NCBI GenBank assembly: GCA_964016885.1
Contig: OZ024741.1
Coordinates: 221,216,001 to 221,280,000 of the forward strand
From: Eledone cirrhosa
Taxonomy: Eukaryota
DNA: 64,000 nt
Direction of reading: 5' to 3'
A model generated the notes under the pieces. The model was not told the origin of the DNA and ran no database searches. It saw only the letters and a list, made by a program, of their open reading frames with translations. The translations under genes were made by a program, and so were the position numbers. Shown here piece after piece: positions 12,597 through 25,969 of this stretch (its first letter is position 1; every line of letters starts with the position of its first letter).

Positions 12597-12817
12597 CCCT
12601 TTAGCATTTACATTACTCTCTATTTACTATTACATTTTCACGGTAAAGACTTTATCTCACATAATTATCTCACATAATATCGAATCTATGAGATTTTGAT
12701 ATTATTTATTTTGAGGACAATACCTTAACATCAGTATGGGTGACCATTTATGGCTGGTTTGAACAGAAAGAGGTGAGGGAATTCTGGCCGGATATGGCCG
12801 GTTTAAATGCTAAAGGG
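12597..12817. mobile_element. piggyBac-like MITE with TTAA TSD and 14-bp TIRs
   Basis: TTAA-CCCTTTAGCATTTA ... TAAATGCTAAAGGG-TTAA; inverted copy at 22362-22582, fragment at ~32750-32838. Confidence 0.85.
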
Positions 12818-14082
12818 TTAAGACAGACTTTTTTAGATTATTGATGGGATATTTTCCTCATCATATACAGCTAAATGTATATGTGGTGTGGTAAATAAAT
12901 ATTTACATATACATTAGGTCTGAATATATAGATTGTGTAGCACTCACTGTATACCCAGTTTGTACTTAGTATTAGGTTATATTTATATAACCAATATACA
13001 CTCATGTCAAAATATTTTTATATACATTCTCATCAACTATATATCCATAGAATATAATCAATATTCACTCAATATAATATTCAATATGACACAATATATA
13101 TATATATATATATACACAGACAATATTTCTACACACTTCTATGCTATATAACTGTGTATATACACAGAGATATTTATATACACATCTATGCTATATAACT
13201 TATATGCACAGATATATTTATATACACATCTAGGCTATATAACTAATATACACAAATATATTTATATACACATCTATGCTATATAACCTATATACACATA
13301 TATATTTATATACACATCTATGCTATTTAACTAATATACACATATATATTTATATACACATCTATGCTATATAACTTATATACACAGACATAAAACATAT
13401 ATACATGTCTATACTATATAACTTATATAGATAGACATATGTTCATGCTATATAACTATATACACAAACATGATATATATATACATGTCTATGCTATATA
13501 ACTTATATACACAGACATAATATATATATATATACATGTTTCTGCTATATATACAGACATAAAAAATATACACATGTTTATGCTATATACACAGACATAA
13601 TATATATATATATATATATGTTTATGCTATATACAGACATAATATATCTACACATGTTTATACTATATACACGGACATAATATATATACATGTTTATGCT
13701 ATATACACAGACATAATATATATACTAGTTTATGCTATATACACAGACATAATATATATATATATATATACATGTTTATGCTATATACACAGACATAATA
13801 TATATATATACATGTTTATACTATATACACAGAGAAAATATTTCTATACAGATTTATGCTATATACACAGACATAATATATATATATTGCTATATATATG
13901 CTATATATATGCTATATAACTATATATATATGCTATATAACTTATATACACAGAGATATTTATATACATATCTATTGCTATATAACTTATATACACAGAC
14001 ATAATATATATATACATGTTTATGCTATACACAGACATAATATATATATATATACATGTTTATGCTATATACACAGACATAA

Positions 14083-16981
14083 TCATCATCATCATCATTT
14101 TACGTCCGCTTTTCCCTGCTTGCAAGGGTGGGACAGGTCCTATTCAGCACAACATCTCTTCACTTGTCATGGTCCTTCATCATCTCCACCGTGAGCTTCA
14201 GCAATGTGAGGTCTGCTCTCACCAACTCTGCCCATGTTTTACGTGGACTACCTCTACTGCATCTTCCTTCTACTGGGATTTTTTGGCACTTCTTTACCCA
14301 GCGGTCATCCTCCATGCACATCACATGTCCATACCATCTCAGCCTTCTCTCCTGCACACCACAACTTATCCCTCTTATACCCAGTTTCTTTCTCAACTCA
14401 TCTATGCTGGGTCATTCACGCACATTGACATTGCACATCCAACGGAGGATACTTGCTTCATTTCTCTCCAGCCGTCACATATCTTCTGCAGTTGCTGCCC
14501 ATGTCTCACTACCATGCAGCATTGAGCATTTCACACAGGCATCATATAACCATCCTTTCGTACGCATGGGGAAACCCTTCTTTGTCAACAGAGGAAGCAG
14601 CTCCCTAAACTTCTTCCAACCCGTCCTTATTCTAGGTACTATGGCCTCAGAACACCCCCCCCCCTTCCCATGCTAATCTGATCACCTAGGTACCGGAAGC
14701 TATGAACCACTTCTATAGAACCCACCTGCATTGGAAAAATGTGTCTATCACTGTGATTACTACTGCCAACTTTCCCTGTACTGCATATGTAGTTTTCCCT
14801 ACCTGTTAGTTTGCCTGCTATCTCACTACATCTCTTGTGTACCCAAGATCTACATTGCGTACATTTTATGGAATTTATGCCAGTTCCTTTCCTACATATC
14901 GAACATGGCCATTTCCCTGGTGAAATCAGAGTATTGTCCTCTCTTCTACTTATCAACACTTTTGTTTTAGCTATGTTCACTCTCAAGCCCCTTGATTCTA
15001 ACTGCTGTTTCCATAGCCATAATTTATTCTCTAGCTCCTCTACTGATTCTGCTATAAGAACTAGATCATCAGCATAGAGAAGTTCCGATGGGCATCCAAT
15101 CTTAAACTCCTCTGTTATGGCTTGCAGGACTATAATGAACAAGAGCGGGCTGAGGACCGAACCCTGATGTACACCTACTTGTATCTGGAATTCCTCACTC
15201 ACTTTACTGACAGTACCCCTGTACATGGCTTGCACTGTCCTCACAAGCCATTCCTTTACACCTAGTTTCCTTAGGGACCACCAGATGACAGATCGGGGTA
15301 CTCTATCAAAGGCCTTCTCTAGGTCAACAAAAGCTAAGTATAGTGGCTTATTCTTCTCTAAGAACCTCTGTTGTAGAAGTCTCACTAAGAAAAAGGCATC
15401 TGTTGTACTTTTCCGAGGCACAAAACCAAACTGCATCTCATCAAATTTGACCCTTTCTCTAATCAGTTACGCTAATATTCTCTCTGCCACTTTCATAACC
15501 TGATCCATCAGCTTTATGCCCCTATAATTGCTCCTCTCCAGAGCATCCACTTTACCTTTGTAGCAATTTATGAGAATACTGCTGCGCCAGTCTTTGGGTA
15601 TGACACCACCATATATAGCTTGATTAATGATGCGTGCAACTAGTTTAGTGCTTACTTCTCCTGATGCCTTCAGCATCTCAGCAACTATCCCCGACGGTCC
15701 AGCAGCCTTACCAGTTCTTTAATTGCCACTTGTACCCTATATTTGTCAATCTCAATAGCTGGTTCCTCTGTCAGATCTACTGGGGGTAATTCCTCTCTGT
15801 CCCATTCGTTCTCTACATTCATCAGTCTTTCAAAATGACATTTCCAGGCCTCCTTTTTTTTTATCATTCGTGACACTAAGTACACCGGCATCATTCCGGA
15901 CACATTTATCTCCAACAACATCCAGATTTGCACTGAGACACTGCCTTGCAATGCAGAACACCGCACGTCTCTGATCTTCCCGTCACAGAACATTGGCAAA
16001 CCTCCTACTCTCAGCCTCCCTGCGTGCTTAGTACACCTGACGTCTAGCTTCTCTCTTAGCGGCTGTGTATCCTTCTCTACTCCCACCATTTTTCTAAGCT
16101 TTCCATGCCAGTATTTTGTCTCTAATGGCCCTATCTACCATGTTGTTCCACCACCAGGCCATTTTCTGTCTGGTTGAAGCTCTTCCCCAACCACAAGTTT
16201 CTTCAGTAGCCTGCAGTAAGTTGTCACGCAAGAAATTCCAGTTATCATCTATGTCATACAACTCTAAATCATCTTCTTTTTCGTCGTACACATCTTGAAG
16301 GGTTTCGCTAAATTTATATTTTAATGAAAGGTCTTTTAGCTTCCAGACTTTCTTTTCCACACCTTCCTGTATGTCTCCTTCTTTCTCTTGCTTACCAAGA
16401 TGTCACTAACAACTAACCTATACTGTGGGGTACATTCTTCCCCAGGGTATGCCTTAGTATTTAACACCATCTATCTGTCTCACTGTTTAACTAGCAGGAA
16501 GTCAATCTGGCTTATGTGCTCGTCTGATTTAGGTGGTTGGTAGGCTTCTGTAAGTTAGTGTTGCAAATGGTTAGTGCATTTGCATCACAAAATTCAAGAA
16601 GTCTCACTCCTCCTTCATTTCTTGAGCCGTAACTATGCCCACCATGTACCTCAGTGTATCCATCCTGGAGCTGTCCAACATGTCCATTGCAGTCCCCTAC
16701 TAGCATTACGATGTCTCTGTCCTCTGTCCTCATTGAGGCTGTCTGTAAAAGTTGCTCGTAAAAGTAGTCTTTCTCTTCTTTACCTAGGCCTGCCTGGGGA
16801 ACATAGGCAGAGATGATTGTCAGTAGTCTCCTGCCTACAACTAACCTAAGCTTAATTATTCTATTACTAACTCTAACTACCTCTATTGTCTTATTGATCC
16901 ATCTCTCAGCCAGTAATATGCCAGTAATATGCCCACTCCACCTAACCCATCATCATTACCCACCCAGAAAAGCTTATAACT
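14083..16981 (-). mobile_element. RTE LINE family B, near full-length, decayed by frameshifts and stops
   Basis: Fragmented ORFs: APE (GDCNGHVG, LLEFC), RT ([29 protein letters not shown]), RRLRWYGHV; (GAT)n tail. Confidence 0.92.
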
Positions 16982-17134
16982 ACATGTTTATGCTATATAC
17001 ACAGACATAAAATATACATACATGTTTATGCTATATACACAGACTTAATATATACATACAGCTTTATGCTATATACACACAGACATAATATATACATACA
17101 TGTTTATGCTATATACACACAGACATAATATATA

Positions 17135-17281
17135 CTAGCAGAATGGCCCGGCGTTGCCTCGGGATTTACTCTAGGGTTCTTATATATTTGGTATATATTT
17201 ATCCTTATCGAGCCTCGTGAAATAAATACGTTCGTTTATATTTTGTTATTGTGCATGCACAAATATCTGTATACGAATACA

Positions 17282-17357
<76 letters not shown>

Positions 17358-18088
17358 TATATATATATATATTAAAATAACAGATTAAAGTTTAAGCAAA
17401 GAATCACTGCTTTCACCCTTAACGGGATCTTCTGAAACTAAAAAGATAAATCTGTGAACGTCGAAGTAAATATTTCGAAATGTTTTTGTGTATGCAAAAA
17501 TGTGTCAGTGATGTAATCGCCGGCCTTTTTTGTTTATATTTTGTGTTTGTGTATGCAAAAATATCTGTTCACGAATATCTATATTACAATAAAAAAGAAT
17601 CGCTGCTTTCAACCTTAACGGGATCTTCTGAAATTTAAAAAATCAATCTGTGAACGCAGATGTAAATATTTCGAAAAACGTTGCAACCGAAGGAAAGCAG
17701 GAAGACCATACGTTGGTTCGTGAAGACGTTCCCTGGCATAAGAATATATATATACACACACTATATATACATATATACATGCACACACACTTATTGCGTC
17801 ATAATGACGTAATGCATACAGCCAGGCATACAGACATATTATAAAGGCGTGGCGTTATATCTATGTATCTATCTAAAAAGAGAAAGACCAAGAATTATAG
17901 ACTGAGATCGCTAAATTACCTAATGCAGTGCCTATGGCATTGGAAATTCAAAATTTTGTTTGCTCAAAACACTCACGGGACTATAAGTATTACATGTGTA
18001 AAGTTTGAAAAAACTCGGATGGGTGGTTCTCGAGTTTTAGCGATTGGACAGACAGACAAACAGACATTCTCTGTTTTAGTAATATAGA
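17135..18088 (-). mobile_element. Non-autonomous Helitron
   Basis: Minus strand starts TC (18088) and ends CTAG (17135) after the hairpin cccggcgttgcctcggg; inserted between A17134 and T18089 with no TSD; (gaca)n near the 5' end; internal tandem subrepeats. Confidence 0.85.
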
Positions 18089-19369
18089 TATACATGTTTA
18101 TGCTATATACACACAGACATAATATTTCTACACATGTTTATGCTATATACACAGACATAATATATATATACATGTTTATGCTATATACACACAGACATAA
18201 TATTTCTACACATGTTTATGCTATATACACAGACATAATATATATATATATATATACATGTTTATGCTATATACACAGACATAATGTATATATGCATGTT
18301 TATGCTATACAGACAAAATATATACACCCAGTATATGACAAACTTCTCTATTTTAAAAACAGGCAAAATCTAACATATGATTAAAATGTTAAATTTTGTA
18401 ATTTTTCTTATTTTTTAATTATTTTCCTCTCCCTCCCCTTCACTCTCTCTTTCTCTCTTTCTTTCACCTGAACTTTCATCCACATGCACATTCTCTCTTT
18501 CACTCTCTCTCTCACTCTTTCTCTCTCTCTACACACACGCACTCTCTCTAACTCTCTCTCTCTCACTACACACATGCAGTCTCACTCTCTCTCTCTACAC
18601 ACACACTCTCTCTCTCTCTTTCTTTCTTTCTCTCTCATCTCCACTCCTAACATTGATAATAGCAACTCCCCACCACCACCACCACCATCACCACACATCT
18701 CTCTGCTAAAGAAAGACTTTTTCAGCCAAAGAATTAAATTTTTCTTAGAAAAACAAATATTTCTTTTTATTCACTTTTTATTCACATTTTGTTTTGTTTA
18801 TTTAATATTTTTTTTTTTATATATTCTTATTTTGATTCTTATTTATATTTTCAAAATCACTTTACGTTTGCCAAAAGAAATTTTGATGAGAGATTCTAGG
18901 AAAGAATGTTTTGCTTTTTCTTATATATATGTATGTGTGTTTGCATGTATATATTATATATATATATGTGTCCGTGTGTGTGTATGTATATATTATATAT
19001 GTGTATGTGTCTGTGTGTGTGAACTTTTAATTTTTGTTTAAAAATCACGTTTGATTTATTTTTCTTTAAAATCTTTTATTCAAAAACAAGCTATACAACA
19101 ACAGCAACAGCAACAACATAAACATCATCAACAACAACAACAAACCATACAACAACAACAACAAACCATATAACAACAACAACATCAAACCATGCAACAA
19201 CAACAATAAACCATACAGCAACAACCACAATAGACCATACAACAACAACAACAATAGCAACTACAATAACAATAACAACATAAAAGTATAAACTACTCCA
19301 TAGAAATCGTTGATTGCATTTCTTCTTTAATCTTGGCAGTAAATATTACAAAGAAAGATAATTAAATAA

Positions 19370-20802
19370 AAATGGTGAAACTTGGTTTAGTGATTACTTT
19401 AAAATGTGTGAAACTTGGTTTGGTGATTACTTTAAAATGGTGGAACTTGGTTTGGTGATTACTTTAAAATGGTGAAACTTGGTTTAGTGATTACTTTAAA
19501 ATGTGTGAAACTTGGTTTGGTGATTACTTTAAAATGGTGGAACTTGGTTTGGTGATTACTTTAAAATGTGTGAAACTTGGTTTAGTGATTACTTTAAAAT
19601 GGTGAAACTTGGTTTGGTGATTACTTTAAAATGTGTGAAACTTGGTTTGGTGATTACTTTAAAATGGTGAAACTTGGTTTGGTGATTACTTTAAAATGGT
19701 GAAACTTGGTTTGGTGATTACTTTAAAATGGTGAAACTTGGTTTGGTAATTACTTTAAAATGGTGAAACTTGGTTTGGTGATTACTTTAAAATGTGTGAA
19801 ACTTGGTTTGGTGATTACTTTAAAATGGTGAAACTTGGTTTGGTGATTACTTTAAAATAGTGAAACTTGGTTTGGTGATTACTTTAAAATGTGTGAAACT
19901 TGGTTTGGTAATTACTTTAAAATGTGTGAAACTTTGTTTGGTGATTACTTTAAAATGGTGGAACTTGGTTTAGTGATTACTTTAAAATGGTGGAACTTGG
20001 TTTAGTGATTACTTTAAAATGGTGAAACTTGGTTTGGTGATTACTTTAAAATGGTGGAACTTGGTTTAGTGATTACTTTAAAATGGTGAAACTTGGTTTG
20101 GTGATTACTTTAAAATGTGTGAAACTTGGTTTGGTGAATACTTTAAAATGGTGAAACTTGGTTTGGTGATTACTTTAAAATAGTGAAACTTGGTTTGGTG
20201 ATTACTTTAAAATGTGTGAAACTTGGTTTGGTAATTACTTTAAAATGTGTGAAACTTTGTTTGGTGATTACTTTAAAATGGTGGAACTTGGTTTAGTGAT
20301 TACTTTAAAATGGTGGAACTTGGTTTAGTGATTACTTTAAAATAGTGAAACTTGGTTTAGTGATTACTTTAAAATGGTGGAACTTGGTTTAGTGATTACT
20401 TTAAAATGGTGAAACTTGGTTTGGTGATTACTTTAAAATGGTGGAACTTGGTTTAGTGATTACTTTAAAATGGTGAAACTTGGTTTGGTGATTACTTTAA
20501 AATGTGTGAAACTTGGTTTGGTGATTACTTTAAAATGTGTGAAACTTGGTTTGGTGAATACTTTAAAATGCGTGAAACTTTGTTTGGTGTTTACTTTAAA
20601 ATGGTGGAACTTGGTTTGGTGATTACTTTAAAATGGTGGAACTTGGTTTAGTGATTACTTTAAAATAGTGAAACTTGGTTTGGTGATTACTTTAAAATGT
20701 GCGAAACTTTGTTTGGTGATTACTTTAAAATGTGTGAAACTTTGTTTGGTGTTTACTTTAAAATGGTGGAACTTGGTTTGGTGATTACTTTAAAATGTGT
20801 GG
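19370..20802. repeat. 32/33-bp minisatellite (gaaacttggtttggtgattactttaaaatg(t)gt), ~44 copies
   Basis: Uninterrupted tandem array with few variant positions and no spacers. Confidence 0.95.
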
Positions 20803-21934
20803 AAAATGGTTTCCATATCTAAGAGAAAAATAAAAATATTTTGAAAATGATAACAAAATAAACATACAAACAATAAAGAAATCATTAAGGTTGAAGGTTT
20901 GGGTTTGGGTTGATGTTGGGGTTGGGGTTTGGAGTTGGGTTGGGGTTGGGGTTGGGTGGAGTGATTGGGGGTGGGGTCGAGTGTATCTTTGAAGAATGCT
21001 GCACTGAAATTTCAGTATATTTCTTAAAATGGAATTGAACAGGTATTACCATTCCTATATCATGGGATTAAGGTGGGGAACTGGCAGAGTTGTTAGAAAG
21101 TTGGATAGAATGCTTTGTGGTATCAGTTCTGGCTCTCTGCTTTATATATATACATATATAGCTATGTATATGTCCATCACAACCATTTAGTAACATAGCC
21201 TATCCTTTTATCTCTCTCTCTCTCTATCTATCTATCTCTCTCTCTGCCGAGGTTCAATTTTACCTTTTGTCCTTTTCGAGGTCAATAAAAAAAATACCAG
21301 TCAAGTACTTGTGTCAATTCCTCCTCTATATCTCTTTCTCACATCCTCTCTATCACACTCTCTCAATCTTTCTCTGGAAGAAATCTCCTGTGTTCAGACC
21401 TGGAGAGGAGATGGGCTCTGCCAGGTTTAAAACAAGCCCAAGAAATGCTGTATGCCATTATGGTGGCCCTACAGCTTGCTCAGGAGTTACAGAACCATAC
21501 CACACCATATAGTAGTATTGTTGCTCTCTGTAATAAGGCTGATAGTATCTCAATACTTTTGATACTAAAACTTCTTGGTTCTACTAAACAAAAACTTTAT
21601 ATTTAGCTATAAACCTTATTTGTTAGAGAATTGTATTTGCAATCGTGAAGTTGTGAGTTTAATTCCCTATTAGACCAGGTAATACCTTATGACTTTCAGC
21701 AAGACTCTTTATTTGGATGTTGCTCTTTCTGCCAGGAGTTCTCACCCGTAGATAGTATCAGCAATGGAAAGACCAATGGAAACATTGTTTCCTTGGTGTG
21801 GTTTAATGAGTTCCACCTCACTTGGTAGGTAAAGTCTGGGATCTTTCTGATCATTAAAAAATATAAAAAAATTTTAAATAAACTTTCCACCATAATTTCA
21901 TGTCAGAACATTTAAGTTATGCTCTAAACAACAG

Positions 21935-22760
21935 TTTAACCCTTTCAGGACCCACATTTCTAATGAAATACACTATTTCAATTAATTAATAAAGAATTTT
22001 GTGGGATTTTACTAAAATTATTAATTATTTCATTAGAAAGATAGTAACTTAATGTAAGGTTCTTATATAAAAATATGTTGGAAGATTTTAATTTAAATAG
22101 GAATACTTTAACCCTTTCATGACCACATTTCTAATGAAATAAACTCTATTTTGATTAATTAATGAAGAATTTTGAGGGGTTTACTAAAATTATTAATTAT
22201 TTCATTACTAAGATAGTAACTTAATGTAAGGTTCTTATATAAAATTATGATGGAATATTTTAATATAAATTGAAAACCTTTAAAAGGGGTGGTTTTATTT
22301 CATATAACCAGAGCTGGTTTTGGCCACATTTATAATGAAATACACTATTTAAATTAATTAACACTTTAGAATTTAAACCGGCCATATCCAGCCAGAATTC
22401 TCTCACCTCTTTCTGTTCAAACCAACAATAACTGGATCCTCATGCTTACTATAAGGTATTGTTCTCAAAATAAATAATATAAAAATCTTGTAGATTCGAT
22501 ATTATGTGAGATAATTATGTGAGGTAAAGCCTTTTCTGTGAAAATACAATAGTAAATATAGAATAATATAATTGCTAAAAGGTTAATGAAGAATTTTACT
22601 AAAATTATTAATTATTTCATTACTAAGATAGTAACTTAATGTAAGGTTCTTATATAAAATAATGTTGGAAGATTTTAATATAAATTGGAAACCTTTAAAA
22701 TGGGTGACTTTATTTCCTAGGACCAGAGCTAGTTTGGGCCAGGTTGGTGACAAAAGATTT
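21935..22760. repeat. Partially triplicated AT-rich element beginning TTAACCCTTTC, with a nested TTAA MITE
   Basis: Units start at ~21935, ~22107 and ~22323; the third is interrupted at a TTAA. Confidence 0.65.
22362..22582. mobile_element. piggyBac-like MITE, inverted copy of 12597-12817
   Basis: TTAA TSDs at 22358-61 and 22583-86; body homologous. Confidence 0.8.
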
Positions 22761-22864
22761 ACTTAATGACGAATGTGTTTTATATTATGAAATCCTTTCA
22801 AATTCTGGGTTAATTACAAACTGATTTTAAAAATCATAGGCAGTGTCTTTCTTATTACATGTTA

Positions 22865-23135
22865 ATGAGTGGCACTCTGTAACAGACATTCAACTCTGAA
22901 TGGTGGTACTGTGTGTGTATCACTGAAATCTGAGTGGTACTCTATAACAGTCACTCAACACTAAGTGGTACTGTGTGACAGACACTCAACACTGAGTAGT
23001 AATATGTAAAAGTCACTCAATTATGAGTGGTACTGTTAACAGTCACTCAACTCTCAGTATTAATATGTGAGTGTCACTCAGCACTGAGTGGTATTGTATG
23101 ACAGTCACTCGAGTTTGAGTAGTTGTGTGTGACTG
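22865..23135. repeat. Diverged ~32-bp tandem repeat with internal palindrome cactca-aca/gca-ctgagtg
   Basis: ~8 diverged units. Confidence 0.65.
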
Positions 23136-23185
23136 AAATAGCAACAACAAAATACTCTGGGGGCTTATCCCAGTTTTAAATAATA

Positions 23186-23334
23186 GCTGTCTGATAAGGT
23201 CATATCAACCTCTTCATCATCACCATTTAACGTCTATTTTCCATGCTAGCAAGGGTAATATATAATATAAGTTCTCTCATTCTGAGACAAGTCAACTATT
23301 ACATAATAGATGCCATCGAAATGTGTATAACAGC
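23186..23334 (+). ncRNA. Degenerate hammerhead ribozyme interrupted in loop II by an RTE-tail insertion
   Basis: GCTGT-CTGATAA-GGTCAT...ATC-GAAA-T-GTGT-ATA-ACAGC; homologous to 55325-55380. Confidence 0.6.
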
Positions 23335-23387
23335 AATGACAAAATTAATAAGATGATCTAAGATTCCAGCATACTGCTTTATTCTTT

Positions 23388-23738
23388 CATCATCATCATC
23401 ATCATCATTTCATTTTACGTCCACTTTTCCCTGCTTGCAAGGGTGGGACGGGAACTGATTCTGGCTTGATTTCTACAGCTGGATGCCCTTCCTAACACCA
23501 ACCTCATTTACAGTGAGTGCTGGGTGCTTTTTTTGCCATGGCACCTCCACGACCACTTTGCAGTGGAATGATAGGGACCCCAGTCCCTATCATCTCATTT
23601 CTACAGCTGAGTAAACTGGAGCAATGTGAAATAAAGTGTCTTGCTCAAGGAAACAACACATCACCCGGTCTGAGAATTGAACTCACAACCTTTCGATTGC
23701 AAGGCCAATGCTCTAACCACTAAGCCATGTGCCTCCAT
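23388..23738 (-). mobile_element. tRNA-derived SINE family 1 (RTE-tailed)
   Basis: Near-identical to 49732-50073, 53603-53937 and 59958-60300. Confidence 0.9.
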
Positions 23739-24598
23739 ATAATTATTATTATTATTATTATTATTGCAGTTGCATTTATCTTGCTTTATATTCATACATG
23801 TTATCACAGCCTTTGTGTATACATTTTTAGGGGACACCCTGTATATATGTATATATAGTTAAGAATATACAAGGTAACACTGACAATAACAATGAAATGA
23901 AATAAGTATTAACAACCACCACAATAATAACAATAACAACATTTTTTTAAATATAAAGATAATATTGAAAAACTAAAGTATAAAAACCATAACAAAGCCA
24001 CCAAGAAATTGTGAAAAAAATGTAAAAAAGGGAATAAAATAATAAAATTTCAATAAAAAGAAATCATGAAATAAATTTTAAAATAAAATAAAATCTTTTA
24101 TCTGTGGAAACTGTACAAAACAACTCAGTATCGATATTGTGGTAATTTTATTATTGTTCCTCCACCAGTAGTACTACTACCTCAACCACCTACACCACCA
24201 CCACCTTCAGTAGTACCAACACCATCACCACCAGTAACACCACTTTTATTAACACCAACAACACTACCACCACCATCACCACCACCAACACCACCACCAC
24301 CACCACCTCAACCACCTGTACCACCAACACCAACACCACCTTCAGTAGTACCACCACAAATACCACCACCACCACCATTACCCCACCACCACCAATGCCC
24401 CACCACCACTAGTACCCCTCCCCCAATACCCCACCACCACCACCAATACCCCACCACCACTACCAACACCACCAGTCCCCCACCACCACCACCACCACCA
24501 TCCTGTATTATTAAGCTGAAAGAACACATTATGGAATCGCATCTAGACTGGTGTTCTGTTGGATAACACAGCAAGACATATATATATATGTGTGTATA

Positions 24599-24631
<33 letters not shown>

Positions 24632-25299
24632 CATCATCATCATCATCATCATTATATATATATAAGTATATTAACTACATTACTTAGCTATTCTTTGAGA
24701 GAGAAGCAAATAAGCACATAAACACGAAGAAGTGTATGTATATATATATATATATATATATGTACCTGTATGTATGTATATGTATATATAGTTATAAGTA
24801 TATATATATATATGTGTATATATGTGTATATATATATACATATATATATATATACATTTATATATATATATATATATATGTATATTTATATACACATATA
24901 TGTATATATGTATATATGTATATATATATGTATAAAAAAAAAAATATATATATATATATATAAATATATGGTTATAAGTATATATATGTATATATATAAC
25001 TGAATAGTCACATGACCACTTAGGCAAATGATCCATTGTCATGTGACTGCTTCCATTAGAAGGCTAACACTTTTTGATGGGGAGGGAGAGATGCTGGGTG
25101 GTGTTTTATTTTTAATGCTTCATTTGTGGGGGTGGTTGTAAAAGTACACACACACACACACATACATGCATATATATGTGTGTGTATGTGTGTGTGTGAT
25201 CTATGCATTTGGCTTTTGTAAGTCATGTATTTGCTTTGTTATTTCTGTTTACTTTCTACACACACACACATATATACATATACATACATATACATATAC

Positions 25300-25359
<60 letters not shown>

Positions 25360-25554
25360 TTATTTAGCTTCGTTCGTATACCACTGGATAGAACTGGTCA
25401 TTCCGTATGATCAACCTCGATGTAATATTATGGAGAGCACTCAACGTAATGCAACTCACCCGTCTTCGTTTGCGTAGTTGGTGGTGCGAGTACAGAGTTA
25501 ATTAATATAAAATAACAGGAGGTTGGACTGGTGTACTTCCTTGAAAGGTTTATT

Positions 25555-25612
25555 ATACTATGATCATTTCAATGACCAGGTTCAGTATGAGTCCGGTGAC
25601 ATCATCAGGTAT
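25555..25612 (-). ncRNA. Type I hammerhead ribozyme (minus-strand arm)
   Basis: ATAC-CTGATGA-...accgg...cctggt...-GAAA-T-GATC-ATA-GTAT; stem II imperfect. Confidence 0.65.
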
Positions 25613-25812
25613 TTGAAATATAACAAAGGAATATTATAGACAAAATCCATGGGGCTGAAAATCAGAGACATGAGGGCGACCGAACATTTAGCACCTTCTA
25701 CCCCGGTCGGCCACCCTCACTTGAGAGTGGCTGACCGGGGTAGAAGCTGCTAAATGTCTCTGATTTTCAGCCCCATGGATTTTGTCTATTATATTCCTTT
25801 GTTATATTTCAA

Positions 25813-25870
25813 ATACCTGATGATGTCACCAGACTCATACTGAACCAGGTCATGGAAATGATCATAGTAA
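25813..25870 (+). ncRNA. Type I hammerhead ribozyme (plus-strand arm)
   Basis: CTGATGA 25817-23, GAAA 25855-58, palindromic loop III GATC, ATA triplet; stem I only TAC/GTA. Confidence 0.6.
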
Positions 25871-25969
25871 AATAAACCTTTTAAGGAATTACACCAGTCC
25901 AGCCTCCTGTTATTTTATAATATATATATATATATATATACTCCCTTCTTATATTTTCTCTCACAGTGT

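Larger units (their letters stand above)
13100..18325. repeat. ~38-42-bp minisatellite (catgtttatgctatatacacagacataatatata) split by RTE and Helitron insertions
   Basis: Array segments 13100-14082, 16982-17134 and 18089-18325 share the unit. Confidence 0.85.
25506..25919. repeat. ~414-bp foldback palindrome with hammerhead motifs on both arms
   Basis: Arms pair around a 4-nt loop (actt, ~25719-22) with one ~15-nt bulge. Confidence 0.92.

Noticed and set aside
19370-20802. 32-bp repeats as a CRISPR array
   Set aside because: Contiguous units with no unique spacers, no cas genes, and a eukaryotic context.
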